In this document: piece after piece, positions 30,899 through 39,408 of the stretch
Numbering within the stretch: position 1 is the stretch's first letter
Layout: each line of letters starts with the position of its first letter
IMG/VR virus record: IMGVR_UViG_3300013121_000047
Span: 96,001-160,000 of that record
Source of the DNA: a virus
Lineage: Duplodnaviria > Caudoviricetes
Reading direction: 5' to 3' (one strand)
DNA length: 64,000 nucleotides
Made by a program: the position numbers and the translations under genes
The notes under the pieces: generated by a model
Seen by the model: only the letters and a program-made list of their open reading frames with translations
The model's database searches: none
What the model was told of the DNA's origin: nothing

Positions 30899-31633
30899 TT
30901 AGAGATCCCCTGTTTTATTATTATTGTTAATAAATAATATATTTTCCCAAAGATCAATTGATCTTTGTTTTATAATTGCTGATGCGTTTTCAACAGAGAG
31001 TATATTTTCTTTTTGAATTTCTCCTAAGAAACATGTATAATTATTAGATTTTAGCCAAAGGACGGCATCTTCTATTGTATAATTTTGTTCCTTAAAACAG
31101 TCACCATACTCAAATTGTCCCGCACTGACTTTACCGAGGCGAAACATAGTTTCAGCACCTTTAAGAACATTTATTTCATGTCCTTCAGTGTCAATTTTTA
31201 AATAATCTATATATTGTATTGAATGTTCTTGAACAAATATATCCAATGTAGTAATTTCAACATCCATCATTTGCAACTCGCAATTTGTTATTTTTTCAAA
31301 AATTGGGCGTTTGTATAAACTAGCAAGTCTTGAAATATTATCTTTTTCTTTAAATTCGTACGGAACATACAGTGTTCCTTTTTTTTCTGTATCTCCAAGC
31401 GCTATATTAAAAAAATAAACATTTTCAATATTTGGGTCTTTCGCATTTTTATTTGGTTCAAATGCAAAAAATTCCAGTTCCGACCCAAGGACTGAATAAG
31501 CATCTGCCAAAAATTCGCCACGGTTATACCCCACATCAATTATTACTGGGATTGGATTTATTTTGTTTTTGTAAATGAAATTATAAGCACTTTTAAGACA
31601 AAGGTCATCTTGTGTAAACATTATGCTTAACAA
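30899..31633 (-). CDS. FkbM-family methyltransferase
   Basis: IDVGYNRG, FAFEP, LKIDTEGHE. Confidence 0.85.
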   Translation of the reverse strand: MLSIMFTQDDLCLKSAYNFIYKNKINPIPVIIDVGYNRGEFLADAYSVLGSELEFFAFEPNKNAKDPNIENVYFFNIALGDTEKKGTLYVPYEFKEKDNISRLASLYKRPIFEKITNCELQMMDVEITTLDIFVQEHSIQYIDYLKIDTEGHEINVLKGAETMFRLGKVSAGQFEYGDCFKEQNYTIEDAVLWLKSNNYTCFLGEIQKENILSVENASAIIKQRSIDLWENILFINNNNKTGDL

Positions 31634-31694
31634 TATTAAGCTTATAGTTCAAAAATGTTTTTCTAACATTAAGCACTTTTCGAATAAAATATTT

Positions 31695-32411
31695 TTAAAG
31701 ATCTCCTGTGCTATTATTATAACCAAGAGTATCTAAACTATTATTAACAAAACGTAAATTTTCGCCAAGATTTGTGTAATAATTAAAATCCAAAGCTAAT
31801 ATTTGATTTATGATTTGCGAATTGTTTGGTGCGTTTTCATATTGTCTTGTTGTGTCGCCTTCTACGTCAAGAAAAACAACATTCTTTAAGTGTTCCTTAA
31901 AACTTTTAACAATATCTAAATCTTTTCCTTGTGCATCAATTTTAACCATTTCAATTTTGTCATATTTGATTTTATCTAGCAAATATTTCATTGAAATAGT
32001 ATCAACTTTAATGATATCTTGCAATTGACAACCGACAAAATTTTCAAATTTAGGTTTTAATAAACTTGAACAACCGACATTTACAGTGGTACGGTAAAAA
32101 TCACATTTTTCAGGTTTTTCTACATTATCTACTGCACAGCATAGGTGATAATAGTTATCACTTTTTGGGTGACCTTCAAATGCTAATTTTATATTTGTAA
32201 TTTTATTATTCCAAATATTTTGACCCTCATAGCAATCTGGATTTGGATCTATTCCAATAACAAAAATATTTTCATCAATATTATCAAACCAGAATTTAGT
32301 TACTGGCGAACAAATTGAAGTTCCGATATCAATTCGAAATTTTGTTCCATTTTTAAGTTTTGAATTAATAAAATCAAAATCAATATTTTCAAGTGAGGCT
32401 GCGTACTTCAT
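31695..32411 (-). CDS. FkbM-like methyltransferase
   Basis: IDIG, GIDPN, SSLL, VKIDAQGKD. Confidence 0.75.
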   Translation of the reverse strand: MKYAASLENIDFDFINSKLKNGTKFRIDIGTSICSPVTKFWFDNIDENIFVIGIDPNPDCYEGQNIWNNKITNIKLAFEGHPKSDNYYHLCCAVDNVEKPEKCDFYRTTVNVGCSSLLKPKFENFVGCQLQDIIKVDTISMKYLLDKIKYDKIEMVKIDAQGKDLDIVKSFKEHLKNVVFLDVEGDTTRQYENAPNNSQIINQILALDFNYYTNLGENLRFVNNSLDTLGYNNSTGDL

Positions 32412-32490
32412 CTCCTGGATTTTATAAACAATAACAAGAAAATGTAAAATTGCATTTCTTTCAATATTTATTTTTGGAGATTTATATTAA

Positions 32491-32949
32491 ATGTCTTTAG
32501 GAACACGTACAGATGAAACATCTGGCATAGTAACAACAAATAACAGTTCTGGTTTTAGCGTAGCCAGAAGTACATCAAACGTAGGCTTTGGTCCATATAA
32601 AGTAGATTCAATTCAAGCTTTAACTGCTTCCTCTACTTTGGTTGCTGGAGATGCTGGCGTCAATACAGTTTCTGGTTCTTCGGTAATAACTTTGGTTATG
32701 CCGACAGTAGCAAGTGCACCAGGAGCAGAATTTATTTTTAGAAACCTTAGCGCTCATGCACACGTTTTAACTGCTTCTCAAGAATCACTGGGAACAAAAT
32801 CTTTTCTTTCTATACAATCAGGATCAGTTGGTTTTGGTTCAAAACTAACACTTAGCAGTTCAGTTGGTTGCTCAGTTGTATTAAAATGTGATGGCTTAGT
32901 TTATCACGTATTGTCATACTCTGGCTCTATCGCAATCAGTGGAACATAA
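32491..32949 (+). CDS. Ser/Thr/Gly-rich probable virion structural protein
   Basis: Beta-rich composition, TLVMP...G.EFIF; TATTTA and GGAGA upstream. Confidence 0.55.
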   Translation: MSLGTRTDETSGIVTTNNSSGFSVARSTSNVGFGPYKVDSIQALTASSTLVAGDAGVNTVSGSSVITLVMPTVASAPGAEFIFRNLSAHAHVLTASQESLGTKSFLSIQSGSVGFGSKLTLSSSVGCSVVLKCDGLVYHVLSYSGSIAISGT

Positions 32950-33780
32950 TTATATTAATCCATCATATCCAATAAACATCTTTAAGTTTTCATATGTTTT
33001 GTGATAAAAACCTGTTTTACAGTAAGTAATTTTATCTCTTAACAAATGAACAATATAACTTAAAGAACTGTTTGCCATTACAAAAACATCAGAATATAAC
33101 ATCTTTTCAAATGAATCTAGAGGATACTCTTCAATAAAAAAAGAAGTATCTTCTGCTTTTAAAAAACTAAAGTCTTCAATAGATCCTTGTGAATATATTT
33201 GAAATTTTGGATTTTTTGATTTATATGTTTCTCGCAATCCATCTACTAAATTTAGATAATAATCTTCTTTTTCTTTTGAGAAATAATCCCTAAAAGGAGA
33301 AGGGTCTAAATCTGTTTTTGTAAATTTTCTAATATGGACAGCGATGATAAAGTCATTTTTTCGATTTTCTTGTTTTAAATTAAATCTATTTTTTATTTGT
33401 TTGATAAAACCATGTTTTTCAAATTCTTGTAAATACTGCTGACCTAATTTTGTTACCAATCCTGGGTCTAGTTCTAATTCAAGATTGAAATCCGATTGTC
33501 TTGATACAAACTTTTTAAATTCATCTTCTGATGAAACCGATATTTTTTCAGGCCGAACCGTTTCATTTTCATATAAATTAAAAAGATGATTTATGTCATC
33601 CATAAATCTTTCTTGTGTTATATCAAAATATTGGTAATGTGTAAAATTTTTAAAACCTCTAAAAATATAGTTACAATTAAAAAGTTGGCTTAAAGCTTTG
33701 GTAAACAGTTGTGATTGTACCATTACACCAATACCTTCAATGTTGCCGCCATCGGGATTTGTCGAAAGATATATTGCCAT
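32950..33780 (-). CDS. Fucosyltransferase-like (GT11/GT23 superfamily)
   Basis: EGIG..Q, AVHIRK, SDVFVMANSSLSY; near gmd/fcl. Confidence 0.6.
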   Translation of the reverse strand: MAIYLSTNPDGGNIEGIGVMVQSQLFTKALSQLFNCNYIFRGFKNFTHYQYFDITQERFMDDINHLFNLYENETVRPEKISVSSEDEFKKFVSRQSDFNLELELDPGLVTKLGQQYLQEFEKHGFIKQIKNRFNLKQENRKNDFIIAVHIRKFTKTDLDPSPFRDYFSKEKEDYYLNLVDGLRETYKSKNPKFQIYSQGSIEDFSFLKAEDTSFFIEEYPLDSFEKMLYSDVFVMANSSLSYIVHLLRDKITYCKTGFYHKTYENLKMFIGYDGLI

Positions 33781-33860
33781 ATTTTATGTTTCCTTTTTTA
33801 GTTCCGTTAGTTCCTCAGTTTTTTTATTTTTCATAAAATGGGAAATTGATTTTCAATTTT

Positions 33861-34691
33861 TTAATCCTTTACTTTTAAATCTAGTTCAACATGAACTGTG
33901 TTGAATTTTTTTCCAAAGTAAAATTTTTCATCTAATCGTTTTCCATCTAAAAACAAATAGTTTAAATTGTCTGCGGTTTTTATATTTGCATGTCTATTCA
34001 TAAATTTCGTTTGAACAATATTGGCAGGAATGTTAAAAAGTTTTGGTTCGTGTCTATAGCAAACATACAATGGATAACTTTGATCTGCTGTGGTAGCAAG
34101 CATTGCTTCAAGTTCATTCGGAGTGTTAAACACTACAGCTGCGATTTTAGTCAAAATATCTTCAGTTCTAAAAACATTACCATCAACTGACATAGGATAT
34201 CCCCAATCTCCATTTAATCCGATCCAACTCCAAACATTATCACCATCAAATGATGGTGGCGGAGTTTTTTGGTTTATCGAATAACAGAAATCAATCCCTT
34301 CCCAAAGTCTAAGCGAAGTTGCAATAATTTTTTGATTTTGTTTTAAAATTTGTATTTCTTTATCAGAAATTGACCAATTGTTCGAAAATATAATATCATC
34401 ACACAAAAACATGGTAAAATATTTTTCAGAATCCAACACTTTAAACAGGGTTTGTTTAAATGATCCAAATTCTTTGTCTGTGTAAAACTTAACATTTTCA
34501 AATGTTTCTTCTTTTAAAATCTCATACCCTTCATAAAATTCCATATTTGTAAAATCATAGATTACACTTACAGTAGAATTGTCGAATTCTTTAAATGTAG
34601 TTTTTAAACTTTTCAACAAAAGATCTAATTGAGAAGCTCTGTTTCTACTAAAAACCACAATGTTAATTTTGTCGTTCATGTCGAAAGTCAA
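33861..34691 (-). CDS. GT-A (GT2-like) glycosyltransferase
   Basis: VVFSRNR...LLKSL, MFLCDD. Confidence 0.6.
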   Translation of the reverse strand: MTFDMNDKINIVVFSRNRASQLDLLLKSLKTTFKEFDNSTVSVIYDFTNMEFYEGYEILKEETFENVKFYTDKEFGSFKQTLFKVLDSEKYFTMFLCDDIIFSNNWSISDKEIQILKQNQKIIATSLRLWEGIDFCYSINQKTPPPSFDGDNVWSWIGLNGDWGYPMSVDGNVFRTEDILTKIAAVVFNTPNELEAMLATTADQSYPLYVCYRHEPKLFNIPANIVQTKFMNRHANIKTADNLNYLFLDGKRLDEKFYFGKKFNTVHVELDLKVKD

Positions 34692-34713
34692 GTATAATAC
34701 TTAGCATTATAAA

Positions 34714-35493
34714 ATGCTCAAAAAATTTATTTTTGAAACCACTGCTAAGCTAATGGTTAAAGACACCTGGTATATTGATAAATTAAAAGATGAAATCCGT
34801 AAACTAGATCTCTCAGATGAAAAAGAAGAAGAATTTTATAACTTTGCAATTTCTGGTACGGAAAAAGAACAAGAAAAAAATCTTCATTCTATTATAGAAC
34901 CTGCGTTAAAAGAACTTTCGCATGAATGGAACGGTTCTAATGTTTTCATTGCTCCAAATATGCAGTTCGGATACGAAAAATTTGCGACAGATCCTATGGA
35001 AGATTCATTTATCTATGTTACAGATTCTGAATACAGTCCAGACTTGGACATTCCTAGTTTTACTATGTTTGTAGATTCTGAAACTAGAAAATATCTAATC
35101 GATGATATTTTGGAAGCTGGTGATAGAGACTTTTTTAAAAATCCTTCTGTCGAAGCTGATTATTTTAATCTTGTCAACTTCTTAAAAAGTGGCAAACTGA
35201 AAAAATCGAAATCAGTTACAGTTTATACAGCTCGTCCTAGAAAAGATCGTGAAACTATACAGAATCTAGTAGATAAAGGTCTCTTTTTTAAGAATATATT
35301 TGTAACAACCTCATTTGAAGAAGCTGAAGGTTATGCCTACGAATTGGCCTCAAGTGAAACAAGAGATATTTGGTACTTAAAAATTGACCAAAAGCATTTA
35401 ATTGAGACATTAAATGCAAATGGAGTGAGAAACTATCAAACTTTCTCAAGCAAAGAAGAGTATGTGCCGATCATTGAAGGAAATTTAATATAA
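34714..35493 (+). CDS. Hypothetical protein with FIFE leader; ADP-ribosyltransferase-like C-terminus
   Basis: VTVYTA...IFVTTSFEEAEGYA recalls ART beta1/beta2-helix; weak. Confidence 0.45.
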   Translation: MLKKFIFETTAKLMVKDTWYIDKLKDEIRKLDLSDEKEEEFYNFAISGTEKEQEKNLHSIIEPALKELSHEWNGSNVFIAPNMQFGYEKFATDPMEDSFIYVTDSEYSPDLDIPSFTMFVDSETRKYLIDDILEAGDRDFFKNPSVEADYFNLVNFLKSGKLKKSKSVTVYTARPRKDRETIQNLVDKGLFFKNIFVTTSFEEAEGYAYELASSETRDIWYLKIDQKHLIETLNANGVRNYQTFSSKEEYVPIIEGNLI

Positions 35494-35495
35494 AA

Positions 35496-36128
35496 TTAAA
35501 ATCTGACACCAGACCAAACCCGATTAAATTCTTTAATTTCTAATTCTGTTATTTCAGTTGCTGGAACAGAAGAAATTCGATTTATTTCATCAAATACACT
35601 TTGGTTTTCAAATGCATCAGTATAATCAAGTCCTGGGTTCATTATTGAAATGCCGTGCACAATAGGAGAACAGTCGTTAATTTCTCCATCTCTTCTACAG
35701 ATATGGCTTAATCCAAGCGCATGTCCGACTTCATGCATAAAAGTAGATTTAAATTCAGTTTCGGATGTTATACATGTTGGATAAAGAGTTATTACTCGCT
35801 GCGAGCGAAGGAAATCTCCAGCATAGCAATTTCTCGTGGAAGTTTGGTTTTGATCAATTAACACAATAACATCTCCACCAGAATCGACCAATTTTATCGT
35901 TGGGCCAATTCTGTTTAATTCTGGTAAAGTTTCTTCTACTAAACGACGGCGACCAACTTGCCCCCATGCCTCCCCATTTAAATTAATTTCAAAAACCCCA
36001 TATTTGGTTTCGTTATGATTATTTGGTCTGGTTATATTATAAATTAAGGCAGATAAACCAGAAACCGCACCTAAAACTAATAAAGAGATTACGAAATATA
36101 GTAATGCTTTTTTTGCTGATTCTGTCAT
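35496..36128 (-). CDS. Matrixin-type (metzincin) metalloprotease with N-terminal TM
   Basis: HEVGHALGLSH plus SIM Met-turn. Confidence 0.8.
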   Translation of the reverse strand: MTESAKKALLYFVISLLVLGAVSGLSALIYNITRPNNHNETKYGVFEINLNGEAWGQVGRRRLVEETLPELNRIGPTIKLVDSGGDVIVLIDQNQTSTRNCYAGDFLRSQRVITLYPTCITSETEFKSTFMHEVGHALGLSHICRRDGEINDCSPIVHGISIMNPGLDYTDAFENQSVFDEINRISSVPATEITELEIKEFNRVWSGVRF

Positions 36129-36136
36129 ACTCTTAA

Positions 36137-36679
36137 TTAAAGAGTTATTTTTTTTATTTTAATTTTTTCGAATTCTCGCTTTGAAGGTTTTTCTGCTTGA
36201 GAGCCAATAAATCCATATGTTGAATACCCATAGCCTTCAAAATAATATTTTTTTGAACTAAAATCTAAAATGTAATAATGTTTTATTTGAAAAAACATCA
36301 TCTGAAACCAGTACTCTAAATTTAAATTATTTGAAAATAATGACTTAAGACACCGTTTGAAACTATCTGTTGAAGACCTATCATAAAATGACTGTATTTC
36401 AAATGCTCCTTTTTCTTTTGCTCGATTTATATCAAATGTATTAAAAAATATATCAAAAAAATTTGTGTATTCTTCGCCAAATATTTTTAAAATATCATCA
36501 AGCTCTTCTGATTTCGCAAAAAAATAATGTATTTTCACCTCTGCGGTGTAATCATGATGCCCTTTTAATACCACAATAGGTTTGTCTTTTTCAATAAAAT
36601 CGTCAGAAATAGAGTATAGTAAATTTATAAATTGATTTCTGTAAAATCTTACAACATCTTCTGTTATCTTTTCTAGCAT
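36137..36679 (-). CDS. Hypothetical protein
   Basis: 180 aa ORF. Confidence 0.5.
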   Translation of the reverse strand: MLEKITEDVVRFYRNQFINLLYSISDDFIEKDKPIVVLKGHHDYTAEVKIHYFFAKSEELDDILKIFGEEYTNFFDIFFNTFDINRAKEKGAFEIQSFYDRSSTDSFKRCLKSLFSNNLNLEYWFQMMFFQIKHYYILDFSSKKYYFEGYGYSTYGFIGSQAEKPSKREFEKIKIKKITL

Positions 36680-36702
36680 GATATTTATCTTTTGAGTATA
36701 TT

Positions 36703-37284
36703 ATGAAGCGCAGTTTTCGAATTTCAAAAAAAGAACTATTTGAATTTTTAAGAAGTATTAAGTTAAATGAAAATCAAATAACCGATCCAGTTTTGAAATC
36801 TTTTTATGAAGTTTTTCTGGAACTAAGAAGTTTTGTTGAAAATGCAAATTATAGAGATCTTGGGACATTTTTAATTCAAACATATCGAAATGATCAAAAT
36901 GTTAAAGTTTTTGGTGAAGAGGCTATAAAATTCGATACAGTTTTAGGTAATTTTCTCAAAACATTTTCCAAAATGTTTGGAACATATCGAGATGCTTTAG
37001 AAAATGGCAAATCTTTGGATAGCTTAAAAACACAAATAACTGAAATAATAGGAAAACTACAGCAATTATTAGCTGTACAGCAGCAAAAAAATTCTAAAAT
37101 GTTTGGAGAATTACAAGAAAAAGTTCAGGCTCTCCCACAGGAAAATAAACAACAGTATTTGAATATTTTAACAAGATTTCAAAATTCAGTTAAACAAACA
37201 TATAATTTTGTACAAAAGTTAAAGACAACAAACCTTGCAAGCGAACAACCGCAAGTTGCTAACCAACAAGTTCAAGCTTCATAA
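36703..37284 (+). CDS. Hypothetical helical, probable virion protein
   Basis: ISKKELFEFLRSIKLNE leader; ATATTTA upstream. Confidence 0.55.
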   Translation: MKRSFRISKKELFEFLRSIKLNENQITDPVLKSFYEVFLELRSFVENANYRDLGTFLIQTYRNDQNVKVFGEEAIKFDTVLGNFLKTFSKMFGTYRDALENGKSLDSLKTQITEIIGKLQQLLAVQQQKNSKMFGELQEKVQALPQENKQQYLNILTRFQNSVKQTYNFVQKLKTTNLASEQPQVANQQVQAS

Positions 37285-37612
37285 TCTCTGATTCTAAAAT
37301 ATCAAATTTATGAATATAAGGCTTGCCAGATTTAGTATCAAATCCTTTTCTTGAAAAAGAATAGATTTTTTCAAATGGGTTAATTATTAACCCATTTTTT
37401 CTTTGATTTATTGCAATTAAATCACCTGAGAAAAATTTTATCGTTTTGTCTATTTCAGACAGTCTACGATTATCTACTGATAATGCCCAATATACTCTAT
37501 AAGTTAGACCAATTTCAAGAGTATTATTTGACTTGTTTTTTTCGACCAATTTTATTGTTTTTTTCGAAAATACCAAATAATATAATATTTTTAGCCAACT
37601 AAATAATTTCAT
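37259..37612 (-). CDS. Hypothetical protein
   Basis: 117 aa, operonic. Confidence 0.45.
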   Translation of the reverse strand: MKLFSWLKILYYLVFSKKTIKLVEKNKSNNTLEIGLTYRVYWALSVDNRRLSEIDKTIKFFSGDLIAINQRKNGLIINPFEKIYSFSRKGFDTKSGKPYIHKFDILESEIMKLELVG

Positions 37613-37629
37613 ATTGAATTTATTTTATG

Positions 37630-38106
37630 TTAAGGTTTCCAATATGTTCCAAAAACACCATCAAAAAATGGGTAAACTACATTAAAAGAGTGTTCTTGAT
37701 TTCCTTTTTGGTGATGTTCTACATGCCAAGGAATCCATTTTATAGCCCAAGTTTGATCTAAATGAGATCTCATGTGAACAAAATAATAAAGAAAACCATA
37801 AAGAATAACACCTAGTGATACACTTGGAAATTTGTTTCCAAAAATTTTATAGATTGCACCCATTGCAGATGCCAAAGTTAAAAACTCTGGTGTAGAAAAA
37901 ATATATTTCCAACCCATTTGGTAATCTGGATCTACCATATCTTTTCGGCATTGTTTATGGTGCTTATACCAATGAAAATTCCACATCGAATCTTTTTTCT
38001 TTCCTAGTCCGTGAAGAATATGTTTATGGAAATTCCATTCAATAAAATTTCCAATTACCATTCCTGTTGTTATTTTAACCGCTTTTTTTATTAGAGATAA
38101 AAACAT
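37630..38106 (-). CDS. Fatty acid hydroxylase/sterol desaturase superfamily protein
   Basis: His boxes HKHILH, HWYKHH, VH, HVEHH; TM segments. Confidence 0.75.
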   Translation of the reverse strand: MFLSLIKKAVKITTGMVIGNFIEWNFHKHILHGLGKKKDSMWNFHWYKHHKQCRKDMVDPDYQMGWKYIFSTPEFLTLASAMGAIYKIFGNKFPSVSLGVILYGFLYYFVHMRSHLDQTWAIKWIPWHVEHHQKGNQEHSFNVVYPFFDGVFGTYWKP

Positions 38107-38118
38107 GATTCCCTTTCT

Positions 38119-38316
38119 TTAAAGTTTTTCGCATTGGAGCGGATGTTGTATATTATGGGCAATATCGTAATCCCAAACTAGATGCCAATCTTTAAGGCAT
38201 TCATCGTAAGACGAATGGCATCTAAATTCCCGACGAGTTCCAACAAAACACCAAATATCCTGTGTCGAATAACAACCTACTAAAAACAACAGCACCAAAA
38301 CTAAAATTTTTTTCAT
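38119..38316 (-). CDS. Small lipoprotein
   Basis: MKK + hydrophobic stretch + LVGC lipobox. Confidence 0.55.
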   Translation of the reverse strand: MKKILVLVLLFLVGCYSTQDIWCFVGTRREFRCHSSYDECLKDWHLVWDYDIAHNIQHPLQCEKL

Positions 38317-38342
38317 ATGTTAGTAACTACTAAAATTCTTTT

Positions 38343-38915
38343 TTAACCATCTTCTAAATCAAAAATTTTTTGTAGTAAAAACATTAAACAAAATGCATGT
38401 CCAAATTTCTTATTTGGATTTTCTATTATTTGAGAATTTGATAAACCCGTGTGATCATATGCATCAAAATCTAAAAGGCAAACATTTTTATGTTCATTTA
38501 CAAAATCAACAAGTTGTTCAAACGCTTTAGATAGAATTACTGCATTTGAATATAGTGGAATATAGACTTCTTTTTTACCCTCAATATAATCTAGGCGTTT
38601 ATTTCCAAAGAGTAAAAAACATGGAATATTATCTTTGCCAAGCGGATATCTTAATGCTTGTTTTGTATGGTACACAGATCTTCTCCATTCAAAATATTCT
38701 GATTTAATTTGATTATTTTCATCTAAATGGCAAGGGTAAACCTTAGATCCTTGATAGCCATTTTCAACATTTGTAGCAGTTTCTCCATTGATTTCTACTG
38801 GTCCATTGAAAAATGGAGAAAGTCCTTTTCCAAAGTCAGTAGAACGACTTGTGGTGTTTATTGACACAAACCCTTCTGGAATTGTATCCCAGATTTTACG
38901 GACTATTATTTTCAT
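38343..38915 (-). CDS. Conserved hypothetical (DUF6939-like, possibly NADAR-related)
   Basis: TSRS...LSPF...VENGYQGSKV...LLDFD...GHA; family name from recall. Confidence 0.45.
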   Translation of the reverse strand: MKIIVRKIWDTIPEGFVSINTTSRSTDFGKGLSPFFNGPVEINGETATNVENGYQGSKVYPCHLDENNQIKSEYFEWRRSVYHTKQALRYPLGKDNIPCFLLFGNKRLDYIEGKKEVYIPLYSNAVILSKAFEQLVDFVNEHKNVCLLDFDAYDHTGLSNSQIIENPNKKFGHAFCLMFLLQKIFDLEDG

Positions 38916-39406
38916 TATTCTTTTCCATGTAGTTGTTTCATAGTCACAAATCCAATAATTTGAGGTAATTCAAGTTCAGGTTTATGTATATCTAAGTTTT
39001 CTGTTTGTATTATACTGCAAAATTTGTTCCAAGACTCTTGTGTTGAAAAATATTTGTATTCTGGATTAGTTGGTTCGATCCTTGTTCCATTTATATAACG
39101 GCAATGAGTTCCCGCCATTGATTCTAAAAGAGAGATATGTTTATCTACTCTTTCCCATTGCTCTTTTTTTAAATCGAAAATTATATATCCTCTATTTCCA
39201 TTTTGATGCTCTTCACAAAAAAAGAAATAGCGAGCGCCTGAAACGGAATTAAGAGCAATTCCAGAACGAGGACCGTCATAAAATCCCAATCCATAAGAAA
39301 TAATATAAGATTCTTTTAATTTATGAATTTTTTTTCGTCTTAGTCTTCCATTTTGATCTATCCAAGATACAAACATAATTTTTCTATAACTGAAACTTAA
39401 TCCCAT
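38915..39406 (-). CDS. Hypothetical protein
   Basis: FYDGPRSG motif; operonic with ileS. Confidence 0.5.
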   Translation of the reverse strand: MGLSFSYRKIMFVSWIDQNGRLRRKKIHKLKESYIISYGLGFYDGPRSGIALNSVSGARYFFFCEEHQNGNRGYIIFDLKKEQWERVDKHISLLESMAGTHCRYINGTRIEPTNPEYKYFSTQESWNKFCSIIQTENLDIHKPELELPQIIGFVTMKQLHGKE

Positions 39407-39408
39407 TC

